NCBI GenBank assembly: GCA_964019425.1
Contig: OZ025797.1
Coordinates: 310,001 to 374,000 of the forward strand
Direction: 5' to 3'
Length of the DNA: 64,000 nucleotides
Origin: Flectonema sp. DT1601
Lineage: Eukaryota
A program made the translations under genes and the position numbers. The notes beneath the pieces were generated by a model, which searched no databases, was not told where the DNA came from, and was given only the letters and a program-made list of their open reading frames with translations. Positions 41,201-51,259 of this stretch are shown here, piece after piece; positions within the stretch are counted from its first letter, which is position 1; every line of letters starts with the position of its first letter.

Positions 41201-43104
41201 TAATTACTTGTGGAGTATTTAAAGGAAGATTCCGACTACTAAAACCGATGGAAGTACCTGGTCACGAGTTCAATCAAATCCTTACAAGTAATTGGGGAAC
41301 TGTAAGAGGTGAACCAGGTGATCTAACACACTTATCTCAATATGGTAGTCCTGAACAGATATTAGACTGGTCTAGTGATAGGTATTTAGTTGTTGATCAT
41401 ATTCGGAATAGGTTTCGTAATATGTCGAAGTCTCCCTCTGATAGACCATTGTTTTATATTGGAGTTGATCACAGAGAGAGTGGACAAGATGATAATAATG
41501 ATAACGACATAGAGAGTACTTGTAGTGATGATTCTAGTCAGGGTAGTGTCTCATATCAAAGTTCTAAAACAGACGAAGAAGATCTCTTTATCGATGACAC
41601 TCAATACGATAGAGTCCCAACTACTTCAGCTGATCGCGGAGGAGAAGTCCTTCAATGGTTTTGGGATCGTCAACAGGAGGAATGGGAAAATAAATTCTCA
41701 CCCAGAGAGTTAGTAGTTCGTATTTATGTTTACAATTCGTATTACTTAGTTGGAAGCAGAGGTAATAATACCAACCCAACTCTTCATTTATCAGTTCCTC
41801 AGGGTAATGATATAAAATCAGAACAATACCCCAGCCCAGGATGTGGTAGTACTGCCTGGCCGATGGTTTTAAGAACGTTGTCACCAAACTTTCGCCACAC
41901 GTTTGATGATGTGACTATTTACTTACCAGGAGCAGGAGTATCAACTTTATCAGTACTTGACCGCGATGAAGGAATCTTCACTACTAGTCAAACTCAAATA
42001 GGATTCACAAAGTTCGATCTCGAAGACCTTGCGTACGATGGCTACTTTACTGACTGGAGATCTCATTGGGATTATAATACTTGGCCAACAGAACAACGTT
42101 CTCTATCATCAATGACAAGTAAGGCTCCGATGGGTAAGGTTAAGATGTTTGTTCAGGTATTAGATCCTGATGTGGCTCAAAAAAACCCACCAATGTCAAT
42201 AAAAGGTCCAGGACCGATGGACTTTGAAGTACGACTCACGATAATGGGTTTGAGAGAGATAAAACCACCACCTGGTCATGAAGGGGATGAGGTTCCGAGA
42301 AGTGTTTTTTTTGGATTCTTGGGAAGTATTCCTTGCTGTCCATGGGCAAGAGGACCTCTACCCGATTCACCATACGGAATTATGTGTTGTCCTGGTGGTC
42401 TTAATATAATGGTTGCTGCTACAGCGAAGTGGTCATTCCCAGAATGTGAAGAAGACAACGCTCCTTACAAAGAAACAGACACCCGTAAATGTGTTTCATT
42501 CGATGACATGTCAGCTGAATATAATTGGAGAATGTCTCTTCCAGTGACTCTGCCTTGCAAATTTCATTTCATTCAAATAAATGTTTACAGCACTCGTTTC
42601 TTTGGATTGTTTGCACCTGATGCAATATCAGAAAATGTTTTTAATTTGAAGGCGTTTTTTGACCGCGCGCTTGATGCAAAAGGTAGGAAACCGATAACAG
42701 TTCAACTACCAGCTGACCGTGGTGGGAAATGGATAAACTTAACTCATCCTAAGACTGGTGAAGAAACAATGGCACAGCTATCGGTTCACATGGAAATTGT
42801 TTCAAAAGAGTTAGTTGCTGAACAGGAAGACGATGGATGTCTTGAGGGAGAAGACGCTTGGGGACAAGTCACAACTTGGCCGACAAGAAAACTTTCAGAT
42901 CTTTCTGAAGCTCAGCGATCTTCTAAAAAAGTTATTTCAATTTCAAAACCAAACAGACCCCCAACTGACTTTTGGCCTTTCAACGTCCTTGCCTGGGGCA
43001 GATGGTGCATGTATCGCCACTACTGGAAGATAGTTGTCGGTGCAATTATTGGGGTTATTATATTTGTTATTGGTGTTGTGATTTATATGAAAATGAAGCC
43101 ATAA
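38278..43104 (+). CDS. Ferlin-family multi-C2, tail-anchored protein (no DysF domain seen)
   Basis: 1608 aa; 6-7 C2 domains (VHVIQALNL, AQDLPIMD..GTIDPFV, LRSHIYQARGLAAADRTGTSDPY, VRIYV, EYNWRMSLP); HELYRKW FerI-region motif; single C-terminal TM. Confidence 0.92.
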   Translation: MSHFLVQVHVIQALNLIPTSDTNTAIPVCEVECWGERKQSKKGKDKTLNPFWDKNFNFEREGVDLSSGENTLKITVYDTDTWFTNDVIGEYVIDLAHVYNEEPNHELYRKWIVLSKDDEGDTLGFLKASVLVLNISQGDTQPPRDEEDPFADPATDNADDLEGAMLKPPNLRKDGYLIHCEIWEAQDLPIMDIWGTIDPFVRVGFAGKKKIETQCFPKDQNPKFKTQVTLKVGARAPTDIIILELLDRDVLFDELVSNKAFSFKKLLEEGNELPPRWFPLYGHAEEPDLSEVLKACYKKQMNEPQRTRYVGRLLVGFKAEYMQVAKPPSNPITQLSGGVLRPRECSWTLRFDLYQGASLDDVPGWFDDLVVEIEWGTEIRTSGYMYKDEHGIACWFEQFPEIITKWPEVVDHGDFPSQGNQPKYSKIKDSELDWGDWDQIPFVVIRLVRDGPVSREAVSERLVHPKDIPVSSEEVASSTNSNYKPQWWIFNPVRKKSGKLAIDIPTFLQFRIGLNSDSDPAGVREKMIPAEKKAYVLRSHIYQARGLAAADRTGTSDPYCEIQCGNYRKTTRRNEETLCPIWYETLTGRIFMPAKAQELSQAPMINITVWDWEQGLLGFSADVIIGRSSNEVSQKLIVCQWKAYEPRKPHWRPLYDIIDGKKVPAGELLVSFDILHPNLAKEIHHKLPEGGSLLPWVKTTPMFLEYNILGLRELESLPGLFSHNPVSGTSIRIKCGTAEWEDVVDYEWINNHKSSIYLDDDLLGKKQKYLSLPMMQTPLLEGEDSPNGWNPHYGFVGYLKFNYPVDKRYTPNIVVEVRDKKGNLIGIFDESLETIMAEQGTKRSGTKDEHMKLALERNGIDPSSAIDRPVKSDGKEADIEAPEEEDDNDDDDMTDDDEELAKRAVSKNAPDRDNISTSSADESDRQTPDHEPLFGYDGPYENELKHLPYNRYLLKRQAPVAFNPFSLSFDRTPKLITCGVFKGRFRLLKPMEVPGHEFNQILTSNWGTVRGEPGDLTHLSQYGSPEQILDWSSDRYLVVDHIRNRFRNMSKSPSDRPLFYIGVDHRESGQDDNNDNDIESTCSDDSSQGSVSYQSSKTDEEDLFIDDTQYDRVPTTSADRGGEVLQWFWDRQQEEWENKFSPRELVVRIYVYNSYYLVGSRGNNTNPTLHLSVPQGNDIKSEQYPSPGCGSTAWPMVLRTLSPNFRHTFDDVTIYLPGAGVSTLSVLDRDEGIFTTSQTQIGFTKFDLEDLAYDGYFTDWRSHWDYNTWPTEQRSLSSMTSKAPMGKVKMFVQVLDPDVAQKNPPMSIKGPGPMDFEVRLTIMGLREIKPPPGHEGDEVPRSVFFGFLGSIPCCPWARGPLPDSPYGIMCCPGGLNIMVAATAKWSFPECEEDNAPYKETDTRKCVSFDDMSAEYNWRMSLPVTLPCKFHFIQINVYSTRFFGLFAPDAISENVFNLKAFFDRALDAKGRKPITVQLPADRGGKWINLTHPKTGEETMAQLSVHMEIVSKELVAEQEDDGCLEGEDAWGQVTTWPTRKLSDLSEAQRSSKKVISISKPNRPPTDFWPFNVLAWGRWCMYRHYWKIVVGAIIGVIIFVIGVVIYMKMKP

Positions 43105-43364
43105 TTTAGTTTTTTTTTTCTTTCTTTTTTAATATTTTTTTCTTTTTATATTTCGATTCGTAATTAATAAGTTCGTATTTACACCTCTGCAAGAGCTACA
43201 CAGACGAAGCTCGTCGATATTTCCTTGCCCACGTTTGGCTATGCTTCTTGGAGATTAGTTTCTTATTTTAGACAGCAATATAATGGCAGGGATGGTTTAT
43301 AATCTCCAGACTGTTTGTTCTTTTTAAATCGTATTTCTAATCAGCCAGCAGCACGTCATCACAA

Positions 43365-46331
43365 ATGCTCTTCCCGCTCAGGGTTATACTTTTTTGTGTT
43401 CTACTAATATTATCAAATTGTAAGTTAGTTTATATTCGATGTGGCAATTCTGATGTATACCTCCGGGCTTATGCTTCAGGTGAAGTACGGGCAGAAACTG
43501 CTATCGGAAACCCGGGAGATAATTTTAAGTGGGACGTCATTCAAATGTCTGGCATAGAAACGTATCATAGTGTCACTCAAGGAACCTTTCTTGATGCAGG
43601 TCAACAGGTTGGAGATGAAGTTACTAGTGTCAACATACCAACAGCTGCTTCAAATTGGAATTATTGCGCCACTTGTGCTTCTCTTGAAAGTGTTGGAACA
43701 GGTGGAGTACTGCTGTGTTTTGGAATGTCTGGTCCTGTAACGGAGTTCACTTCTGTTGAACAAATATTTGTCATCAGCGCGAATAGTGTTATTCCTCCTT
43801 ATCCAACTGGTGCCCCGACTAATAATGTGATCACAAATGCACCAAATGTGACGGGTGTCCCTACTAACCCGCCGCCTACTGATACACCGCTGACGAACTC
43901 GCCGCCTACTAATCCTCCACCTACTGACACACCGGCGACAAATACGCCTACCAACACACCGTCAACCAACGTACCAACAAATGCACCCACTGGCATACCA
44001 ACGAACCCACCGCCTACTGACACACCACCAACAAACATACCAACAAATACACCCACTGACGTGCCAACGAATCCACCGCCTACTGACACACCACCAACAA
44101 AGATACCAACAAATACACCCACTGACGTGCCAACGAATCCACCGCCTACTGACACACCACCAACAAACATACCAACAAATACACCCACTGACGTGCCAAC
44201 GAATCCACCCCCCACTGGCATGCCGTCAACAAACTCACCACTGACTGACACACCGCCTACTGGCATACCGCTAACAAATCCGCCTCCAACTGGCATGCCT
44301 TCAACTGACGCGCCATCTACGAATCCACCGCCAACAGATCCGCCGAGCACGGGCTCACCCCAAACCAATGTACCCGATACGAGTGCTCCAGTTAGGCCAC
44401 TGCTCACAGACTCTCCAGCAACAGTTGCACCAGTGAAACTGACTGGTACACCGCTAACAAGCTCACCGACTGGCTCACCTCCGACACGTCCGCCATCCAC
44501 GAGCTTACCGCCTACAGGCCTGCCAACTAGCTCTCCTTCAACAAACCCACCCACAGCCTTGCCAACGGAACAACCGACAGGCTTACCATCTGATCAACCA
44601 ACAGCCTTGCCAACGGAACAACCAACAGCCTTGCCAACTGATCAACCCACAACCTTGCCAACGGATGGACCCACAGCCTTCCCCTCTACTGGTTCTCCCG
44701 TTTCTAGCTCTCCCATTTCTAGCTCGCCTCCTACGGAGTTACCGATTAGCAGTTCGCCGGCTACTTGGGTGCCAACGACAGCTCTGTCCACGGATTCTCC
44801 TTACGAAGGCTATCTACCGACACTAGCTCCCACACGAATACCCGAGACGGGGACACCGAATAAGGGAAAGCCTCAGGTGGTGGAGGAGCAGAAGGCGGTT
44901 CAGACTTCGGCCGCAGTAGCTGCTTCTGCGGGGGCAGTCGTTGGGGCTTCAGCAATGCCAGTGGCCTCTTTAGGACTGGTTTCTATTCTTAGAGAGTTAG
45001 AATGTGATACTGGAATAGATGATATTGAAGCACTTCAAGTTCCTTGGGATCAACACCCAACACAACTAAAGCTTGGTGGAGGTCCATACAGCAGTTTGCT
45101 AGGAGCAGCTGTTTTTAATCTGGTGTTGGTTGCTGGAATCTTTTTACTTAGCTTTCTGACGTCTTTGATATGGCTCAAAGTGAAATCAAAATCCCAAAAT
45201 AATATTAAGAAAGCGATGGGTGCAGTGTGCTTTCCCGGGCTACCCACCTGCGCCTTTATGTACCTCTTGGGAAGTACAGTGTCTTCAGGTTTTCAGATCA
45301 TCCTTCGAGGGACGGAGAAGACGGCTGAAGATGACAGAGCAGCCCTTACTATAATAGCCATTGTGAGTGTCACTGTTACCTTAGCTGGGGTTTGTTCTAT
45401 ATACTTTCATGTTCTGAAATCTGATAAATTTGAAGCTGAATACGAAGTAGCTTCAAAACCTGAAGGTAAATACAAAGTATTTTTATTCGGAAAAGGAAAA
45501 TGGACTAGCCTCATCCCACACACATACTTCTCTGAGAGACATGGCTCAGTCTTTAATTGCTATAGAGAAAATTGTAGGCATTGGATTCTTGTCGAATGTT
45601 TATATGTGATCTTAACAAGTATTAGTTCGGGATGGAGACCAGCTTATTCTGATGGATGCATGGTTCGATCATTAATTATATTCGTGATTTTATTATTGTA
45701 TACTGCAGCACTGCTGGTACGTCGTCCATATCTTGCTGTTTGTGATAATGTTGTGTGGACTTTGTTTGCGATGGGTCAGTCAGTAGCTGTGTTGTTAACG
45801 GTTCTTTCTTATAGAAGTGTTGAGAATACGGAATTGACGATGGTATCAGGAATGATATTAACAATCATTACTGGTATTGCATTATTTAAAGCTGTTGTTG
45901 ACACTGTGTTTACAGCATACGAATCTCACGTGTCTGTTACTAAAAGTGGTGATGCTCATGAACGGGAATTGATGTCCAACGCATCTGGTGATAATGTGGA
46001 GCTAAAAACTAATTTCTCAACAGTCCCACCGGATACACCTGTATTGTCACCTCCGCTTGCATTTTTAGATACGACTACTGGGCCGAGCCAGTCTCTTACT
46101 CCTTCATCAAGCTTTTTAGTACCGCATGCTGGTAGTGCTGACTTGCGTGGTGGTCGACGGTTGAGCGGTACTTTGGGAGCTCCCAAACGTCCACAGCAGA
46201 GGTCTGCTGTCCCGAGTAGAACTAACTCTGTTGTTTCGGATATCTTAGAGTTATCTAAATCGCCGTCTATTCCTTTATTAAGATCTCCTTCTGTTGAAAT
46301 GAGAAGGACATCACAAGTATTTAGGATTTAG
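43365..46331 (+). CDS. Surface protein: signal peptide, small beta-trefoil-like domain, Pro/Thr mucin stalk, ~7-8 TM C-terminal domain (DGF-1/bodonin/TRP-C-like)
   Basis: PT repeats at aa ~145-480; QHPTQLKLG motif; multiple TM helices with FSERHGSVFNCYR and LLVRRPY motifs typical of euglenozoan multi-TM surface families. Confidence 0.75.
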   Translation: MLFPLRVILFCVLLILSNCKLVYIRCGNSDVYLRAYASGEVRAETAIGNPGDNFKWDVIQMSGIETYHSVTQGTFLDAGQQVGDEVTSVNIPTAASNWNYCATCASLESVGTGGVLLCFGMSGPVTEFTSVEQIFVISANSVIPPYPTGAPTNNVITNAPNVTGVPTNPPPTDTPLTNSPPTNPPPTDTPATNTPTNTPSTNVPTNAPTGIPTNPPPTDTPPTNIPTNTPTDVPTNPPPTDTPPTKIPTNTPTDVPTNPPPTDTPPTNIPTNTPTDVPTNPPPTGMPSTNSPLTDTPPTGIPLTNPPPTGMPSTDAPSTNPPPTDPPSTGSPQTNVPDTSAPVRPLLTDSPATVAPVKLTGTPLTSSPTGSPPTRPPSTSLPPTGLPTSSPSTNPPTALPTEQPTGLPSDQPTALPTEQPTALPTDQPTTLPTDGPTAFPSTGSPVSSSPISSSPPTELPISSSPATWVPTTALSTDSPYEGYLPTLAPTRIPETGTPNKGKPQVVEEQKAVQTSAAVAASAGAVVGASAMPVASLGLVSILRELECDTGIDDIEALQVPWDQHPTQLKLGGGPYSSLLGAAVFNLVLVAGIFLLSFLTSLIWLKVKSKSQNNIKKAMGAVCFPGLPTCAFMYLLGSTVSSGFQIILRGTEKTAEDDRAALTIIAIVSVTVTLAGVCSIYFHVLKSDKFEAEYEVASKPEGKYKVFLFGKGKWTSLIPHTYFSERHGSVFNCYRENCRHWILVECLYVILTSISSGWRPAYSDGCMVRSLIIFVILLLYTAALLVRRPYLAVCDNVVWTLFAMGQSVAVLLTVLSYRSVENTELTMVSGMILTIITGIALFKAVVDTVFTAYESHVSVTKSGDAHERELMSNASGDNVELKTNFSTVPPDTPVLSPPLAFLDTTTGPSQSLTPSSSFLVPHAGSADLRGGRRLSGTLGAPKRPQQRSAVPSRTNSVVSDILELSKSPSIPLLRSPSVEMRRTSQVFRI
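43997..44215 (+). repeat. Coding minisatellite, 66-nt unit (PTDVPTNPPPTDTPPTNIPTNT), ~3.3 near-identical copies
   Basis: cccactgacgtgccaacgaatccacc recurs at 66-nt spacing (44052, 44118, 44184). Confidence 0.9.
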
Positions 46332-46678
46332 AAACCTTCATTGTTGAATGGAACTGGTGGATAAGTTTTAATTTTTTTTTTTTTTTTTTTTAATTTAGTG
46401 AACTATTTTTTAAATAACAAAAAGAAAAAAAAACTCACATTTCAACATTTAAGACTGTCTTTCATGACGTCTTTCATTATATTTCAATAATGGGGTACCA
46501 TCTGGTGTTCATCAGGATGTTTTATTTTTATTTTGATACTTTGAAATATCTTTTTTTTTTTAAAGAGCCCCAGTAGAGACCTGAATCCTCCCAAAAAAAA
46601 AAAAAAAAAGTTTTGTTAGTGCCTCGAAGTTTGCACTTGACAGCACTTTAGTGATACCCCGTAGCTCATTTTTCTTTT

Positions 46679-46749
46679 GTACCGACGAAGTCGGAGAAGA
46701 AGCTATTCGGGTTAAGCGATCAACAAGTATAAAAGCTTTATCTGAATGG
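46679..46749 (+). repeat. Dispersed repeat family B, compact copy
   Basis: gtaccgacgaagtcggagaagaagctattcgggttaagcgatcaacaagtataaaagctttatctgaatgg, flanked by T runs. Confidence 0.88.
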
Positions 46750-47144
46750 TTTTTTATTTATTATTATTATTTTCTTTTTAATTTTTACTTATAATTTACA
46801 CACACCGTCGAAGAACTGTATTCATCGTTAGCTGTGGAGGAAGATCAGAGCTCCTGTCAATGTATCTCGGAGAGTTGAGTAGCACAGCAGAGCAGAGCAG
46901 AGCGATAACTTTTATTTTCTTAATTTGGCGAACTATTTTTTAAATAACAAAAAAAAAAAAAAAAAAAAAAAAAAAAACACAATTTTTTACATTAAAGAGT
47001 CTCTGCATGATGTCTTTTATATTTTAGTAATGGGCGCCATCATCAGGATAGTTCTTTTTTTTATTTTTTTTTATAAAATAACTGAATCCTCCCAATTTTT
47101 TATTTTTTTATTTGTGCCCTGGAAATCTGTAACCTGACTTCAGT

Positions 47145-47241
47145 TCTACCGAAGTATTGGGAACCTCGAAGACTACGGGGACCCTACCCGGTACTATTCG
47201 AGCGTCTACCTAACCGATACTCGGTGGTCTGTTTGACTTGC
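47145..47241. repeat. Dispersed repeat family C (second copy 51043-51124; fragment ~33721-33782)
   Basis: attgggaacc.cgaaga...ctacc.ggt.ct.tt.gag.gt.tacctaaccg....tcggtg...gacttgc shared. Confidence 0.8.
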
Positions 47242-47811
47242 TTTATTTATTTTCATTTTGATATCCGGCACTAACCATCTGTCCAATTATTTCGGAACCA
47301 TCGAGAGGTTCACCTTTTCTCCAAAGATAGTGAGATTACGATTCAAATCGTGTTTGCAAATCACTTTTGAGGTTTTGCTCTCGACATCATTTTTGGTAGA
47401 TTCCGTGTTTTATTTATTTATTTATTTATTTTTTTAAAAAAGAAATAGTTTTTCTTATATTTACACACACCGTCAAAAACGGTATTCATCGCTACCTGTG
47501 ACAGGTACGCGGGGATACCTTAGAAGGTTCTCATCTTTTTTTACAAAAAGTTGTGTTGTGATCTCTCCCTCTTTTTCTCTCCCTCTCTCTCTTTTATTCT
47601 TAATGCATAACGATCAGCACTATAGGTACAAAGTTACCTACGGTCTATGTTTGGTGAGAAACAAATCATTTTTTTTAAAATTATTTCTTGTTGTGGTTCT
47701 TACATTCTAGATATTGTAAGACTGCATTTATTGTTCTGTTTTTCTTTTTTAAAGTTTAGCTCAAGTATGTTATTCATTTATTAATTTATTTTCACCCCTC
47801 CTATCAGAAGG

Positions 47812-49932
47812 ATGTCTCGTGTCGAGGCGTCAACCTGTGAATCAGCATGCGAGCTATCAACAGCAGTATATTATGAACCAAGTCATGAAATGTTTGATGG
47901 ATTTGAGGTTTTTGCCTTTCAATCATTGGGACGAGTTCCTTTAACTCACTTTGCCGGGAGTAGTGATAATCACGACGCTAGAAAATCTGAACAACGATGT
48001 GAGGATCCACCTGCTGATGAGACTTTGGATGAACCGTATCATAAATGTCAGTGGGTAGCAGCATATCGAAAAGGAGAAGTAACAAATAAACGAACCCTTT
48101 ACGTTGCTTTTAAAGGAACCAGTAACGCTCTTGATATCTTACTTGACTTATCATTCATGGATGTTGTTACTAGAAGAGGATGTCGGATGCATTCAGGAAT
48201 CTTTTGTGGAGTTCAAGATGAACTTCTTTCTGTGATTGAAGTAATTCAATTCGCAAGAGCTCATTTAAAGACATCGCGAGTCGTATTATGTGGACACAGT
48301 CTTGGAGGTGGATATGCCACGGCTGCTCTTTGTGAATATTTATCAGAGAGAGATTCAAGTAACGATCCTCTTCCTCAATGGGATCAAAATATTCACGCGG
48401 AAGCAATTACTTTTGGAGCACCTTTGATTCTACGTTCCCCAACACCAAGAGCTAGGGTTCAGGCACCAAATAATATTAAAATAACGAATATAATTAATAA
48501 TTATGATATTATACCCCGAATGTTTGCCTTGCCAACTAGTGCGTTGACCGGGTTACTTGAAGAAGCACCAAAGATCATGGGTGGCTTCATGTTTCAACAG
48601 ATAGCATCGATGGCATTAAAAAATAGCGGACTGACCTCAGCTAAAATAACAGAAACATTTCATCAAATTAGACTTGGATATCGTGCGGTGGGTACTTTTG
48701 TTTTTATGAACACAGACACCGGATGTAATACCCAACCAGGATACTTTCCACTAAATGGAACCTATTCGGTTATTAAAGAGAGAGGATTTACTCCTGCTAA
48801 CCCAGATGCTGAGGCTATGTTACAATATTTTCCATCTATTGATGTTGGATCTCCATGTGCAAAAGCACTTCGTGAAGATAAAGGATCTTTTATTATGAAA
48901 TCACTGGAAGATCATAGCATGGCTGCATATGCTTCTGGGATTAGGTGTTTAGCGCAGAACCCAAATCCTTGGGCGATTGCTATGATTAGTAGTAAGAGGT
49001 ATCACGCAGTGGTTTCGCCACCTTCTGAGTGTTCACTGACATCACCTCCACCTCCGGGTGCTATGCCTAAGAGGGTTCCAAATACTCCTTGGTGTATTGT
49101 TTCTAGGGTGAGTTCAGAAAAGTTACTAATTGAAACATACTCTAAAGGAAGTACAGTCTGCAGCTGGTCAGAAACCCTCCACCCTGGCTGTACTGTTATC
49201 ATCCAAGGAGTTAAAGCACCTGGAGATTCAGTTAAGATTTTAAATATAAATAAAACAACCGTCTGTGACATTGTACTACCCAGTAAGTCTGTACCCAGTT
49301 CTACCTACGCTCACTTAGCAATCGAATATTCAGGTGTGTTGGGGTACGTGTGTTGGGAGTCAGTAATGGAAGAGTCATCAGAGGATGAGAAAAAGAATTC
49401 TTTTTTTTCATTTAAAACGTCTCCAAAAACATACGTTGAAAGAGACAACAAGTGTTTATACCCAATTGGAGTAGCTGCTGGTGGTAGTAATGAAAGTGCA
49501 GCTTTACATAATCACAAGCTATCATACTTCTTGGCAGGTGTATCTGATGCTACTTGGACTCTAAGTGACGTACTTGGCACTGGATGTCCTGAAGACAAGC
49601 GAGAAAAATCTGACAAAGCGCCCACCTGTAGAGGCTGTCTTGTTGCAACTTTCGGAAGTCGAGTAAGGCGTCAACACTGCTCACGATGTGGTCTCTCTTT
49701 CTGCTCTTCCTGTCTGGTGGGTAAGACTCATTTTCTCAAAGCCTATGCGTTTTTAAGTGTTCCGATTTGTTCAAAATGTACGAGAGATCTCAGTAAGAAT
49801 CGTCAACTCTTTATCAATCGCTCTGAGAATGCTGCCAATCTCGCTTCCCTTCACCTGCTGCTGATTGGGAGGAAGAAATTCTTATCCGTCGCAGACAGCA
49901 AACTGGTGTTCTCGTTTCTTGAGAATACATAA
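47812..49932 (+). CDS. Class 3 lipase with C-terminal FYVE-like zinc finger
   Basis: YVAFKGT, HSGI, LCGHSLGG nucleophile elbow, ITFGAP, DIIPR, DHSM; C-terminal CRGC...RRQHCSRCGLSFCSSC...ICSKC. Confidence 0.88.
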   Translation: MSRVEASTCESACELSTAVYYEPSHEMFDGFEVFAFQSLGRVPLTHFAGSSDNHDARKSEQRCEDPPADETLDEPYHKCQWVAAYRKGEVTNKRTLYVAFKGTSNALDILLDLSFMDVVTRRGCRMHSGIFCGVQDELLSVIEVIQFARAHLKTSRVVLCGHSLGGGYATAALCEYLSERDSSNDPLPQWDQNIHAEAITFGAPLILRSPTPRARVQAPNNIKITNIINNYDIIPRMFALPTSALTGLLEEAPKIMGGFMFQQIASMALKNSGLTSAKITETFHQIRLGYRAVGTFVFMNTDTGCNTQPGYFPLNGTYSVIKERGFTPANPDAEAMLQYFPSIDVGSPCAKALREDKGSFIMKSLEDHSMAAYASGIRCLAQNPNPWAIAMISSKRYHAVVSPPSECSLTSPPPPGAMPKRVPNTPWCIVSRVSSEKLLIETYSKGSTVCSWSETLHPGCTVIIQGVKAPGDSVKILNINKTTVCDIVLPSKSVPSSTYAHLAIEYSGVLGYVCWESVMEESSEDEKKNSFFSFKTSPKTYVERDNKCLYPIGVAAGGSNESAALHNHKLSYFLAGVSDATWTLSDVLGTGCPEDKREKSDKAPTCRGCLVATFGSRVRRQHCSRCGLSFCSSCLVGKTHFLKAYAFLSVPICSKCTRDLSKNRQLFINRSENAANLASLHLLLIGRKKFLSVADSKLVFSFLENT

Positions 49933-51216
49933 GAACACTCGGATCTACATTCCTTGGTAAAGTAATCAAACTCTGTGAGAGTGTTTGACGATAATTAACT
50001 TAACTGTCCCTCGTTATCAATTAGACAAGGTTATCCTATCTGACTAACGAACTCTTTAGAACCGACTCGAAAAGTAACCAGTAAGACACACGCAATCTTG
50101 TTCTTGTTGTTGTTCTGGTTAGTCATTAGCTTATTTTATACACGATACAAGTAATAGTTACCACGAGTACTATTAGTGCTATTCTGTTTTATGTTGTTTG
50201 TGTAATCTTTAACAACCTGTTTGAAACTTCTTCAAAAAAAAACCAAAGCAAGTTTCTTTCGTCATTTTCTTCTTCTTTTTTTTCTTTGTTACGTATTGGA
50301 AACATGTTGTCGTTCTTCTGCCGCCCAGTTTTGCGATTAGCGGTCCAACCTAGCTTTAAAAAAAAATCAGATTTGCCTTATATTTTGTTGATTGCAGACA
50401 GTAATGCGGAACGCACGAGGGAAATAGATAACATAAACATTTTCCACTACTGTGCCTTTTTGGAATAACAGAACAATTTATTAATGTTTTCATTAATAAG
50501 TTGTATTTTCTTAAGTGGTATATTCTTTACAATACATTCACATGGCGACATTGACATCAGTAACGGCTCTTAATTCGAGTGTGTTTCTTCTCCGATTTCG
50601 TCGGTTCAAAAAAAAAAAAAAAAAACCGTTTTCTTGTCTTTTACTTTATCTTTCTTTCTCTTGTGGGTTGTCATCTCGTCGTTCGCCTTCTGCTCAGTTG
50701 AACGGTGAGTTACTCCGTGTAAGATGTGTTTTTTATTTGTTATTTATTTATCTAGCTTTGTGTTTTTGCTGTTGTTGTTTTATTATTGATACTCACGACT
50801 ATTTGTATAACAGTCTACAATGTTTTGTATGTCTGTTTTTTCGATGCAAATACTAGTCGGTCAGTGACAACCATTGTGTTGGTAACATTTCTTCGTCAAG
50901 AAAGACTTTTTACTACAGATATTATGATTTTTTTGAGTGACCTGAAAAAGCAAAAAAAAAAAAAAAAAAAAAAAAAAGTCAACACAACAGGCTTCTCCTG
51001 CGTTGATTTATCTGCATGTCGAACCTGCCTGTTCTTTTGTAATCTACTACAGGATTGGGAACCCCGAAGAGCTACCTGGTTCTCTTTGAGTGTTTACCTA
51101 ACCGGTCTTCGGTGTTGGACTTGCTTAACTAGCTAACATCGTTATTCCTGGATGTTGGGGAAATTAGCAGAAATGAATATTCTTTGTTTTACTTTTACTT
51201 TTACTTTTACTTTTAT

Positions 51217-51259
<43 letters not shown>

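Larger units (their letters stand above)
46400..47500. repeat. Diverged local duplication (46400-46840 vs 46930-47500)
   Basis: Both halves carry, in order, gaactattttttaaataacaaaaa, catga.gtcttt, taatggg...ccatc..catcaggat, ctgaatcctccc and tttacacacaccgtc.aa.aac.gtattcatcg.ta.ctgtg. Confidence 0.8.

Noticed and set aside
43799..44554. 251-aa minus-strand Gly/Val-rich ORF
   Set aside because: Antisense shadow of the Pro/Thr repeat codons in the surface-protein gene.
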